DNA of 57,906 nt from Bryobacterales bacterium (GCA_003167275.1 PMTT01000542.1:1-57906); one strand, 5' to 3'. Positions 8,392 through 17,490 are shown, counted from the first letter of the stretch. The notes: generated by a model from the letters alone, not told the origin. Numbers and translations are program-made.

Positions 8392-9861
8392 ATGGATGCC
8401 CCCGAACTGTTAACCCACCTTGGAGAATGGCCCACCGGCCCCGGTACGCTTCAGCAGAAGCTGGCCCGCGGGCTGGCGGACGCGATACGGAAAGGCGTGA
8501 TCCATCCCGGTATCCGGCTGCCTTCCGAACGGTGCCTGGCGCAGGTACTTTCGATCAGCCGCACCACCGTGGTGAGTGCTTACGATGCCTTGCGGGAAAG
8601 CGGATGGCTGGAAAGCCGTATTGGCAGCGGGACCTGGGTTTGCGAGAGTTCGCCGGCCGTCGCCGCGGCCCGCGGAGCCGCGCAGGCCGGTGTGCTTGCC
8701 GCGAGCCCGCTCCTCGGCCTGCTGGCGCATCGCGACGACGAGGATATCATCGACTTGGCGATGGGCTCCCCCTTGCCCCTGCGCGAGCTGCCCTTGGACC
8801 TTTTCACTCTTCCGACGGACGAATATGCCGCGCTGGTCCACGACCGGCTGTATTACCCACTCGGACTGCCCACGGCGCGCCAGGCGGTGGCCAGTTATTA
8901 CTGTAAAGCGGGCCTCCCGACCCGGCCGGAGCAAGTCCTGATCACCAACGGCGCACAGCACGCGATTGCGCTCTCGGCGGCGCTCTACCTGCAGCGGGGC
9001 GACTCGGTGTTGGTCGAAGACCCCGCTTATTTCGGCGCGTTGGACGCCTTTCGCGTGGTTGGGGCGCGGGTCTCGCCTTTACCCGTGGAGGCAGCCGGCG
9101 TGCCCATCAATGTGCTGCGCGGCCGGGTCATCGCCACCGCGGCGCGCCTGGTCTATCTGACTCCTACATTTCAGAACCCGACCGGCGTAGTGATGCCTGG
9201 ATCCGTGCGAAAGGAAGTTGCGCGGATCGCCTCCGAACTGGCGGTCCCCGTAATCGATGATGGTGCTCTCGCGGAACTGGCTCTGAGCGGGCCGACGCCG
9301 CCGTTCATCGCCGCTTATGCGCCCTCCGCGCCCATTCTTACGATCGGGTCGCTGAGTAAATTGGCGTGGCCAGGACTGCGGGTCGGTTGGGTGCGTGCGC
9401 CCGAGCCGATCATTGAACGGCTAGCCCGGCTCAAGAGCGCCAACGATCTCGGTTCGCCTCTCTTGACCCAGGCTATTGCCGTGCGGCTGATCGCCGCCAT
9501 GGATCGAATCCGCCTCCTGCGCCGTCACGAATTGCGACCCCGGCGCGATCTCATGGCCGGGTTGCTCTGCGAGTCCCTTCCGGACTGGACGTTTCGCCTG
9601 CCGGCGGGCGGTCTCTTTCTATGGGTGAAACTGCCTGCTGGGGATTCCCGCGAGTTCGCCCAAGTGGCGTTGCGCCACGGAACGCTCATACTGCCCGGCC
9701 CTGCGATGTCGGCTGCCGAACAGCACGCCGCCTTTATCCGGCTGCCGTTCCTGGCCGAGGAGGACACGTTGCGTGCCGGGGTCCGCCGCCTTTCGGCCGC
9801 GTGGCGCGACTACCAGCCCGCCAGCCGGCGCGCCGTGCTGCAGAACGTCGCAATGGTTTGA
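8392..9861 (+). CDS. MocR/GabR-type GntR-family regulator (wHTH + aminotransferase-like domain)
   Basis: The N-terminus LPSERCLAQVLSISRTTVVSAYDALRESGWLESRIGSGTWV is a GntR HTH, followed by a fold-type-I aminotransferase domain (SLSKLAWPGLRVGW). It is divergent from the PLP-enzyme operon. ATG 8392 is chosen because upstream ORF codons are antisense to the decarboxylase. Confidence 0.85.
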   Translation: MDAPELLTHLGEWPTGPGTLQQKLARGLADAIRKGVIHPGIRLPSERCLAQVLSISRTTVVSAYDALRESGWLESRIGSGTWVCESSPAVAAARGAAQAGVLAASPLLGLLAHRDDEDIIDLAMGSPLPLRELPLDLFTLPTDEYAALVHDRLYYPLGLPTARQAVASYYCKAGLPTRPEQVLITNGAQHAIALSAALYLQRGDSVLVEDPAYFGALDAFRVVGARVSPLPVEAAGVPINVLRGRVIATAARLVYLTPTFQNPTGVVMPGSVRKEVARIASELAVPVIDDGALAELALSGPTPPFIAAYAPSAPILTIGSLSKLAWPGLRVGWVRAPEPIIERLARLKSANDLGSPLLTQAIAVRLIAAMDRIRLLRRHELRPRRDLMAGLLCESLPDWTFRLPAGGLFLWVKLPAGDSREFAQVALRHGTLILPGPAMSAAEQHAAFIRLPFLAEEDTLRAGVRRLSAAWRDYQPASRRAVLQNVAMV

Positions 9862-9968
9862 GCGATACGTTCTGCACAAGCTCCCTTGCGCAAGGATATT
9901 CGCGCACGTCACCGTGTATAATGGCTGTCGCGGCCCGTCTACCGCGGTCGCCGAGAAGAGAGGGAATT

Positions 9969-10403
9969 ATGCAAGCTGTAGAGATGCAAGCTTCGCCGGA
10001 CGACGTCCGCGCGTTTGTCCAAGAGTATTTCGACGCCTGGAAAGGCACCGACGAACAGAAAATTCTGGCCTACTATTCGGATGATGTAGTGCTCCATCTG
10101 CCAACGGGAACACTCGAAGGCAAGGCAGCCGTGCGAGACAACTTTGTGCGCCCGTTCATCGCTGGCTTCCCTGGCAATGTACATGCTATTCGGAATCTAG
10201 CCCACGCTAAAAATCTGGTTGCAGTGGAATGGAACTTTGAAGCCGTGCATAAAGGTCCCTTTGCCAACGTGGCGGCAACGGGCAAACAGGTTCAGGTCCC
10301 TGGCTGCTCGTTTTACGAATACAACCTCGGAACCCGAACGATTCCGGCGGGACGGATTTACTTCGATTTGGCGACCCTCTTGCGGCAGATCGGAGCGGCG
10401 TAA
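9969..10403 (+). CDS. SnoaL-like / ester-cyclase-like protein (NTF2 superfamily)
   Basis: VRAFVQEYFDAWKGTDEQKILAYYSDDVVLHLP...PGCSFYEY. An RBS GAGAGGGA lies upstream of ATG 9969. Confidence 0.75.
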   Translation: MQAVEMQASPDDVRAFVQEYFDAWKGTDEQKILAYYSDDVVLHLPTGTLEGKAAVRDNFVRPFIAGFPGNVHAIRNLAHAKNLVAVEWNFEAVHKGPFANVAATGKQVQVPGCSFYEYNLGTRTIPAGRIYFDLATLLRQIGAA

Positions 10404-10420
10404 TTCCTTTCGCGGATTCA

Positions 10421-12673
10421 TCACGCCAGCCTCAGGCGCTGTAGAACGTTCTGATAGCGTGCCTCGCCATGAAGGGCCTGTAAACGCGGGTCGACTTTCC
10501 CCAGCAAAGGAAGGAAGCCATCGCGACCTTCGCAGGCCTGCTCCAGCCAGAGCAGCGCGTTCTCCTTGTCACCCAAGCCGGCGTAAATCAGTGCAATCTG
10601 GTAATAGTCGGTATGCTCCCGTTCCGACCGTTCGAGCAACTGTTGGAGTATTTTCGACGCTTCATCCACGTTTCCAATAACTGCGTACGCGTTACCCAGA
10701 GCGCCGACCGCGAGCGACGCTCCTCCGGAGAGGTCGCGCGCCTTTTCAAACTCCAGGACCGCCTCAGCATGCTTCTCCTGGCATTGATACACCATCCCAA
10801 GCCACAGCCGAAGCAGGAAGTAGCCGGGATCGTAATCAAGGCCTCGCAAACATCGCTCCGTCGCCTCCCCGTACCGGCGCGCCAGAACGGAAGCCAAGCC
10901 CGCGGCATGCAGCACCACGGGCGACAGCGGCTCCAGTTCCAGTGCATGGCGGACCTGCTGCTCAGCCTCCTGCTCGCGCCCGCGCGACATCATGGCAAAC
11001 GTGTACCAATACGGCGCCACCCAGTAGCCTGGATTGGTTTCTAGCGCGCGCTGAAATCCCTCATCGGCCGCCGCCCAGTCAACATCGAAGTACGCCCGGA
11101 TAAATGCGAGAGAGGTGTGGCCTTCCGCCAAATCCGGATCCAGAGCGGCTGCCGCTGCGGCGGCGGCCTTAGCTCTCGCGAAGCCTTCCTTCGGAGAGAT
11201 TACCGAGAACAGAGCCAGGATGCTGTAGCAATCCGCCAATCCGGAATAAGCCAAAGCATACGCGGGATCCTTGGCAATGGCCTGCTGAAAGTACTCGACG
11301 CCTTTCTTCAGATGGTCTGGCGTTCTCCGGATCCAATGATGCCGGCCCCGCAGATAGAGCTGATATGCCTCCGTGTTCTCGGTAAAACGCTTGGCCATGA
11401 GGCTCTTCTCTTCGCCCGTGAGCTTCACGCGCAAGCTATCGGAAATCTTTCGGGCGATCTCCTCTTCCAGCTCGAAGATATCGGAGAGCTTGCGATTGTA
11501 GCGCTCGCCCCAAAGTTGGGATCCCCCGGCGACGTCCAACAGCTCGGTTCCAACCACTAGCGTTTCACCCCGTTGGACCACTCTTCCCGTGAGCACCAGG
11601 CGTACCTCCAGCTCACGCCCCACTGCCAGCGGGTCGGCATCCCGGGTCTTGTATCGGAACACGGTGCTGCGCGGCGTGATTCGGAGCCGCCCGATCCGCG
11701 CCAGGCTGTTGAGGATGCTTTCGGTGATGCCGTCGCATAGATATTCGGTCTCGGGATCCCCTCTGGCGTTAGTGAACGGCAGCACGGCGATGGAGTCGAG
11801 AGCCTTTGAAGCCGCAACGGGAGCCGTCGCGTCCGCGCCAGAGCTCACCATCGCCTTCAAGTGAAACGCCAAATCGCGCGCGGACTGGCAGCGCGCCTGC
11901 GGATTCTTATCCAGGCAGTGGGCAATCAGCCGGTCCAACTCGGAGGGCACCTGCGCTCCCATAGCCGTCAGATCCCGCGGCGTATCGCGCAAAATCGAAG
12001 ACATCGTCTCCGCCAAGGTACGGCCAGGAAACGCGCGCTGGCCGGAAACCATCTCGAAGAACACGCATCCCAGCGAGAAAATGTCGCTGGCGGGCCCGGC
12101 GTGCTGGCCGAGCACTTGCTCGGGCGACATATATCCTGGCGTTCCCACCACCGCTCCAGCCTCGGTCCGCGTCTCGCTGTCGTCGCCTCCGGGTTGCTCC
12201 AGGCGCGCCAAGCCGAAATCGAGGATCTTGATGCGGCCATCCGAGGTGAGAAAAATGTTGTCCGGCTTCAGATCCCGATGAATAATGCTCTTGGAGTGCG
12301 CCGCTGCGAGGCCGTCGGCCAGACCGGCTCCAATATTCACAGCCTTGCGCCATGCCAGCGCGCCGCGCGCCAGCAGTGATCGCAGGGTTTCGCCCTCGAG
12401 CAACTCGGTGACGGCGTAGCTGGTACCGTTGTCGGTTCCGGTGTCGAAGATCGCCACGATATTGGGATGCGAGAGCGCCGCCACCGCCTTGTTTTCGCGG
12501 ATGAATCGCGCCAGTGCATGCGGATCTTTCGAAAGATGCTCCGGCAAGACCTTGATGGCCACATCGCGGCCCAGCCGCGCGTCACGTGCTCTGTAAACCT
12601 CGCCCATCCCACCTTTGCCTACCAGCGCCACGATCTCGTAGGGGCCGAGTTTGTCGCCAGCCGCAACCCGCAT
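10421..12673 (-). CDS. Ser/Thr protein kinase with a C-terminal TPR region
   Basis: 750 aa. Kinase motifs are GKGGMGEVY, VAIKVL, HRDLKPDNIF, DFGLA and GTPGYMSPE. The C-terminal half shows TPR-like periodicity. Confidence 0.9.
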   Translation of the reverse strand: MRVAAGDKLGPYEIVALVGKGGMGEVYRARDARLGRDVAIKVLPEHLSKDPHALARFIRENKAVAALSHPNIVAIFDTGTDNGTSYAVTELLEGETLRSLLARGALAWRKAVNIGAGLADGLAAAHSKSIIHRDLKPDNIFLTSDGRIKILDFGLARLEQPGGDDSETRTEAGAVVGTPGYMSPEQVLGQHAGPASDIFSLGCVFFEMVSGQRAFPGRTLAETMSSILRDTPRDLTAMGAQVPSELDRLIAHCLDKNPQARCQSARDLAFHLKAMVSSGADATAPVAASKALDSIAVLPFTNARGDPETEYLCDGITESILNSLARIGRLRITPRSTVFRYKTRDADPLAVGRELEVRLVLTGRVVQRGETLVVGTELLDVAGGSQLWGERYNRKLSDIFELEEEIARKISDSLRVKLTGEEKSLMAKRFTENTEAYQLYLRGRHHWIRRTPDHLKKGVEYFQQAIAKDPAYALAYSGLADCYSILALFSVISPKEGFARAKAAAAAAAALDPDLAEGHTSLAFIRAYFDVDWAAADEGFQRALETNPGYWVAPYWYTFAMMSRGREQEAEQQVRHALELEPLSPVVLHAAGLASVLARRYGEATERCLRGLDYDPGYFLLRLWLGMVYQCQEKHAEAVLEFEKARDLSGGASLAVGALGNAYAVIGNVDEASKILQQLLERSEREHTDYYQIALIYAGLGDKENALLWLEQACEGRDGFLPLLGKVDPRLQALHGEARYQNVLQRLRLA

Positions 12674-13004
12674 TGGCTGATTATCTCACCTCAGCGAGGA
12701 TCATAACCCCATTCCCCGAGATTGGCGCTCATAGAGGAAACGAGGCGGCGGCCGGTCGAAATCGGTACCGATCGGTTACCTCGGCGCAATTGCGGCCGCT
12801 AACGGTCATCGGGACGTTATTGGGCGATTACTGGACGTAACATCAGCCAAAGGCATCTCCTCATGGATTAGGGGCGAGCAAACGCCGCAACGTCGAGGAT
12901 GCAGGAAGGACAGCTACTAATGCCGCAAGCCGATAGGGACCGTTCGGATATCGTTCTCTGGACGACAGGTCGCGTGGACTCCGGGGGGCGAACTGTCGGA
13001 TGAC

Positions 13005-13276
13005 TCAGCGATAAGCCTCGCGTCGATGGCGGACGCCGGTGATTTCTACGGTGGTCTCGTTCCTGTGATCGAAGAAAACGCGGTAGTCGCCACAGCGAAG
13101 ACGGAAACCGGTTTCCAGTGGCTTGAGTTTTTCACATCGCCGTTGCGGCTGGATAGGTAACGGTCAGTGCAATGGAGAATCTGAATTGCGGTCTCCCGAT
13201 CGATGGCCCTCAGATCGGCGCAGGCTCCTGACGACCAAGTGACCGCAATGCGCTCGGGGGTGGCGTCCTCGCTCAC
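13005..13276 (-). pseudogene. RelE/ParE-family toxin, frameshifted
   Basis: GTG 13276 overlaps the antitoxin stop. The N-terminus is VSEDATPERIAVTWSSGACADLRAIDRETAIQILHCTDRYL..GDVK. Adding one base to the T5 run at 13128-13132 restores KLKPLETGFRLRCGDYRVFFDHRNETTVEITGVRHRREAYR*, a canonical RelE/ParE C-terminus. Confidence 0.7.
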
Positions 13277-13280
13277 TGCT

Positions 13281-13532
13281 TCAGGCCGAATTCGCGGAGG
13301 ACTTCGTCGTGCGGGATGCCTCTCCACGAGCGAGTGAAGCACGGGCGCGGTCCAGCGCCGCAGCGGTGTCGGGCGCGAGTACTTCTTCTTCCACCTCAGC
13401 GAGCCCCAGTGAGCGTGCTAGCGGCTCCACCATGACTTCGAGCAGACTCCGGACGGCATTCAGCTTTTCGGCTGGCAGCGCATCCAACAATGCGTGGGCC
13501 TGCCGACGGTCTTGCTCGAGATTGGGTTCCAT
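13281..13532 (-). CDS. antitoxin (paralog of 14900-15160) with an out-of-frame C-terminal tail
   Basis: MEPNLEQDRRQAHALLDALPAEKL... is close to the copy at 14900-15160. Relative to that copy, one C is missing at ~13318-13320 (gcc vs gccc). This replaces GIPHDE.LREFGLKQ with ASRTTKSSANSA. Confidence 0.65.
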   Translation of the reverse strand: MEPNLEQDRRQAHALLDALPAEKLNAVRSLLEVMVEPLARSLGLAEVEEEVLAPDTAAALDRARASLARGEASRTTKSSANSA

Positions 13533-13643
13533 GGCTGTCCTCTTAGCGCTGATTCCAGTTTACGCGATTTGTGGAACGATCAGCTCTGTCCGCCATCTGA
13601 CAACCTGACATCGAACGGCTGGCAGGAGCCCAGATTCCGGCGA

Positions 13644-13697
13644 ATTGGACTCCATTTGGACGCCCCGACCTCATCCATGAAACAGTGGACTCCGGCA
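13644..13697. repeat. copy of the integrase-proximal arm of the island (homolog of 15991-16044)
   Basis: ttggactccatttggacgcc..gacctc.tccatgaaac.gtggactccggc is shared with 15991-16044 and contains GGACTCC boxes at 13647 and 13687. Confidence 0.7.
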
Positions 13698-13773
13698 GAA
13701 TTCCAGTGCGGGGCCTTAGAGCGCGGTTGCGGCCGCGGGAGGGAAGCCGGCACCCAGAAGCGCCCAGCCGCAC

Positions 13774-14208
13774 TCACAGTGCTCCTGCCCTGGACCTTTC
13801 ACAAAAAGTCTGTAGCGGCTGAAACAGATTTGGGCAATACGTATCATTGGATAGACCGATGCGGCTGCATTGCTCGATCCGCCACTGAGCGGTCCGCAGG
13901 AACTCAGTTGTCTTGGGCACGCTATCGCAAAACCCGGGTATCAACCTGCTCTCATCCAGACACATCCGCATGAAGATGCTATTCCAGGTTACACTTCCGA
14001 GCCCCGGCTCTTTCCGGTAGCGCGATAAAGCCTCGTCAACACAACGTTGACTGTCTGTACCTTGACCGAACTGCTTGCCTTCGGCTGCGGCTTCCTTCCC
14101 GTGAGCAATCAACCCGTCTTTGTTTCGCATCCACCAAACGACGCCCGAGCCGATGAACAGCACAACTACCATCGCGACGATGAGCAGGATCTTGAGCCAG
14201 AGTGGCAT
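13774..14208 (-). CDS. hypothetical Cys-rich membrane-anchored protein
   Basis: 144 aa with an N-terminal TM helix (LKILLIVAMVVVLFIGSGVVWW) and several Cys in the ectodomain. No family recognised. Confidence 0.55.
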   Translation of the reverse strand: MPLWLKILLIVAMVVVLFIGSGVVWWMRNKDGLIAHGKEAAAEGKQFGQGTDSQRCVDEALSRYRKEPGLGSVTWNSIFMRMCLDESRLIPGFCDSVPKTTEFLRTAQWRIEQCSRIGLSNDTYCPNLFQPLQTFCERSRAGAL

Positions 14209-14484
14209 GGAACACCTCCGTTCCGGTTGCCCTCTCCGTCAAGGGAAGTTGCCTGGCGAGAGGGCTATGGCACGCAACCTCCGCCCGACCCGCGGCTCTT
14301 CGCAGCGGGAGCGGGACACTTAGCTTCACTTTGTAAGCTTATCCAGCCAATCCAGAATCGATTTGCGCCAGACGCCATGCCGCGGGCAGCACACCAGTGA
14401 ACCCTCGTCCGGGAAATCCGGAAGCTTCGATTCTATGTCGATTGGTGAGCTTTCGGCAAGCGTGCATAAACTATAATTCCTACG

Positions 14485-14699
14485 CCCGCGAGTTAGCCCG
14501 GGTGGCGTTGCGCCACGGAGCGCCGATCCCGCCCGGCCCGGCAGTGTCGGCTGCCGAACAGCACGCCCCCTTTATCCGGCTGCCGTTCCTGGCCGAGGAG
14601 GACACGCTGCGTGCCGGAGTCCGCCGGCTTTCGGCCGCGTGGCGCGACTATCAGCCCGCGAGCCGGCGCGTGCCGCTGCAGAACGTGGCGATGGTGTGA
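14485..14699 (+). pseudogene. duplicated 3' fragment of the MocR regulator gene
   Basis: 14485-14699 aligns base-for-base with 9648-9861, roughly nine-tenths identical by eye. It encodes ...VALRHGAPIPPGPAVSAAEQHAPFIRLPFLAEEDTLRAGVRRLSAAWRDYQPASRRVPLQNVAMV*, and similarity continues ~15 nt past the stop. Confidence 0.85.
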
Positions 14700-14780
14700 G
14701 AGGTGCGTTCTGCACAGTTCGCTACCCAATTCGCCGGCCAGGTTGCCAGGGCGGACGCTGCAAGCCGATAGGGACCTGGA

Positions 14781-14903
14781 TAGGTAACGGTCAATGCAAT
14801 GGAGAATCTGAATTGCGGCCTGCCGATCAATGGCCCTCAGATCAGCGCGGGCCTCCGGCGACCACGTGACAGCAATGCGCTCGGGAACGGCGTCCTTGTT
14901 CAC
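14781..14903 (-). pseudogene. truncated RelE/ParE toxin (first ~41 codons only)
   Basis: VNKDAVPERIAVTWSPEARADLRAIDRQAAIQILHCIDRYL matches toxin copy 1. An internal deletion relative to 12941-13148 then joins it to sequence flanking the MocR fragment. Confidence 0.7.
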
Positions 14904-15160
14904 TGCTTCAGGCCGAATTCACGAAGGATTTCGTCGTGTGGGATGCCCTCTCCACGGGCGATAGAAGCACGAGCGCGATCCACAGCGGCGGCAGTGTCGG
15001 GCGTGAGTCCTTCCTCCTCCACCTCAGCTAGCGCCAGTGAGCGTGCCAACGGCTCCACCATCACTTCGAGCAGACCGTGGACGGCTTTCAGCTTCTCGGC
15101 TGGCAGCGCATCCAGCAGTGCGTGAGCCTGCCGACGGTCTTGATCGAGATCCGGTTCCAT
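14900..15160 (-). CDS. antitoxin of the RelE/ParE-type module (intact copy)
   Basis: 86 aa ending ARGEGIPHDEILREFGLKQ*. Its stop overlaps the GTG of the toxin remnant. Confidence 0.75.
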   Translation of the reverse strand: MEPDLDQDRRQAHALLDALPAEKLKAVHGLLEVMVEPLARSLALAEVEEEGLTPDTAAAVDRARASIARGEGIPHDEILREFGLKQ

Positions 15161-15239
15161 GGCTGCCTCTCAGCGTCGATTCCAGTTTACGCAATTCGTG
15201 GACGGCCCTGTCCGCCACAGTTGGGGGCCGCACGCCGCA

Positions 15240-15371
15240 TTACTCGTCTCGCAGCGCGACCATCGGGTCGGTGCGCATGGCCCGGCGCGCGGGGAAGAAC
15301 GCGGCCGCCGCCGTCACCAGCAGCAGCACTCCAATTGCTCCGGCGATCGTCAAGGGATCGGTCGGTCCGAC
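15240..15371 (-). pseudogene. C-terminal fragment of a MacB/FtsX (ADOP-like) permease
   Basis: The minus strand reads VGPTDPLTIAGAIGVLLLVTAAAAFFPARRAMRTDPMVALRDE*, the stereotyped last helix and tail of these permeases. No upstream body is present. Confidence 0.6.
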
Positions 15372-15690
15372 CGGCAGCAAGCGCAAGAACGAGAAGAACG
15401 AAGATGAGTGCTTTGCGGTTCATTCGCGAGCTCCTCGATTTCAGGATAATATAATCCGAATATAACGGTATCATATCGTTCGCGCCGTGACAACGGACCC
15501 GACAAACACCCGACACGTAGGATGGAGGCCGCAGCATCCCCTTCAGCAAATCTGTTTCATGGCTTCCGAGGCTGATCGACCCGGCCTGCGACGAGCTCAA
15601 ACCGAGGATCGCAACAAACGAGCCGGCGATTAGGACGAAGACCCATCGCAGGGTATCTGCGCGGATTCCTTAACAGGTTGGATCAGGTGC

Positions 15691-15933
15691 TATTTGTCGG
15701 GTTTTATAAGGAGAAGAGAGGGCCGGAGAATTCGGGCACGAAAATACGCACAAGGTGTCGCGGAGAAAGTTGCATCGGAACCTGACGCCCACGGTATACC
15801 ACTGACGTTCTTGGAATCCCCTTTTTGGACTCCAAAGACGAGGTTCTGACCGGGTCGTTGGCTGTAAGTGTTTGAAAAGTTTTGGTGGACCTGGTCGGGT
15901 TCGAACCGACGACCTCTTCCATGCCATGGAAGC
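15691..15933. repeat. att flank: homolog of 53415-53678, ending in a 51-bp tRNA-Ala 3' segment (15883-15933)
   Basis: 15883-15933 is identical to 53628-53678 (tRNA-Ala from the anticodon stem to CCA). A further ~190 bp to the left is clearly homologous to the region 3' of the intact tRNA. Confidence 0.85.
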
Positions 15934-15993
15934 TAAATCAATCACTTACAGCCAAGCTTCTAGTGTTTTCAATGAGTTGCAGAAGGGCGATTT

Positions 15994-16073
15994 GGACTCC
16001 ATTTGGACGCCATGACCTCTTCCATGAAACTGTGGACTCCGGCGGGACTCCGGGGCCGTGGCTCCTGGACTCC
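15994..16073. promoter_or_regulatory. cluster of GGACTCC boxes between att and the integrase stop (candidate arm-type or Xis sites)
   Basis: GGACTCC occurs at 15994, 16034, 16045 and 16067, plus GGACGCC at 16005. The box also occurs at 12976, 13647, 13687, 15827, 53561 and 53572. Confidence 0.5.
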
Positions 16074-16107
16074 ACCGGTGTCGGCAAGGAAGCGGCCGGG
16101 CAGCAGT

Positions 16108-17403
16108 TCAGGCTACGTCTTCCCTGGGCTTGAGCACAATCAGCTTCTTCGCTGCCTTGGCGCGCTTCTCTTGGATCCGGCGCGTCAAGTCCTCCTGCCG
16201 CTTCAAGGGCACCAACGTGTACTCATCGGTGATCTTGGTCTTGGAGTGGCCGGCAATTCTCGATGCTTCAATGCTCGACGCACCAACCTGCTGGCGCCAG
16301 GTGATGTTGGCCCTTCGGAGGCTGTGCGGTCCGAAGCCGGGGAAGTCGAGATCCAACGAGGCCGCCGCTCGCTTCAGGGCTTGGCGCACTCCAGAATCCC
16401 ACCGTGGTTGCTTGGCGTCGTTTTCCTGGGGAAACACCCAGGCATCGCGGCCCTTGTCCTTGAGACTGTCGATCCAGCTCCGATACCGCGGTGTCAGGGA
16501 ACCCAACACGAGGATGCGCTTGCTCTTGTCCGTCTTGGGGACGTCGATATCGCCCCTCCAGTTGCGCTCGGCGATTTGGATGGTTCCCATGTCGAGGTCC
16601 ACATACTTGACCCTCAAACCCGTCACCTCGGAGATGCGCGTCCCGGTGTCCAGACAGGTTTCACAGATGAGGAGATTGCCGGGCTCGTCGAGCTTTGCCA
16701 GCACCATGGCGGTCTGCTCCTCGGAGAGAATGCGCTTCTCGCGCACCTCCCATTTCTTCGGAAGCTTCACACGGTGGATCGGGTTGGCAAACGTCTCCGG
16801 CAGGATCTCCCACTCGATGGCCTTCGTGATGATTCCGCTCATGACGCCGCGGAGGTCGGACATCATGTGCCAAGACCTTGCTTCGTCCTGCAGCCACGAC
16901 AAGACCACCGGGGCGCGGAGATCGGCCAGTCGGGCGTCCTTCCACCTCGGAAGGATGTGGTGATGGAGGTGATTGATGTACTTCTCCCGAGTGGGCTTCG
17001 CCACCAGGGGCTTGCCGGCCGCGCTCTTCTCGACGTAGTTCGATCGCCACAACTCTGCAAGCTTGCCGAAGATGATTTGGCCCGGGTCGTTCGCCACCAG
17101 GGCGGATTGGACTGCAGCTTCAGCACGAGTCTGGGCCGCATTCTGCCCGGTAAGGAATCTGTCCCGTTCCAGGTTGGCTTGCTTGAGGGAGATTCCCCCT
17201 TCACCCCTGCTGGGCGCGATGATGTGGAACTTCCGGGTTACTTTGACCTTGCCATCCGGCTGAACTACGTCTTCGCGGTAGCGGAAGAACCAATAATGGC
17301 CGCCACGGTCTTTCCGCTCGTGCACCCGAGGGTGCTGGACCCGAATTTTCAATCGCGAACCTCCAGTCAGCCACCGGAGGTTAGCTTTATTCAGAAGCAT
17401 CAA
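16108..17403 (-). CDS. int: tyrosine-type site-specific integrase
   Basis: 431 aa. Motifs are TGTRISEVTGLRVKYVD (Arg), GPHSLRRANITW (HxxR) and AGHSKTKITDEYT (His...Tyr). It lies next to the att repeat. Confidence 0.9.
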   Translation of the reverse strand: MMLLNKANLRWLTGGSRLKIRVQHPRVHERKDRGGHYWFFRYREDVVQPDGKVKVTRKFHIIAPSRGEGGISLKQANLERDRFLTGQNAAQTRAEAAVQSALVANDPGQIIFGKLAELWRSNYVEKSAAGKPLVAKPTREKYINHLHHHILPRWKDARLADLRAPVVLSWLQDEARSWHMMSDLRGVMSGIITKAIEWEILPETFANPIHRVKLPKKWEVREKRILSEEQTAMVLAKLDEPGNLLICETCLDTGTRISEVTGLRVKYVDLDMGTIQIAERNWRGDIDVPKTDKSKRILVLGSLTPRYRSWIDSLKDKGRDAWVFPQENDAKQPRWDSGVRQALKRAAASLDLDFPGFGPHSLRRANITWRQQVGASSIEASRIAGHSKTKITDEYTLVPLKRQEDLTRRIQEKRAKAAKKLIVLKPREDVA

Positions 17404-17490
17404 TCAAGTCCAATCGATACAATCACTTACAGGGAGCATGAGGTCATTTACAGAAATGCTTCAATTCTTGGGGGCTCTCTACCTCCGTAG

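Noticed and set aside
15883-15933. Second tRNA-Ala gene
   Set aside because: Identity to the real tRNA stops inside the anticodon stem, so this is only the duplicated att core.
16003-17490. 495-aa plus-strand ORF
   Set aside because: It is exactly antisense to the integrase, which has clear catalytic motifs. Its composition is biased (Arg/Leu/Pro/Gly).
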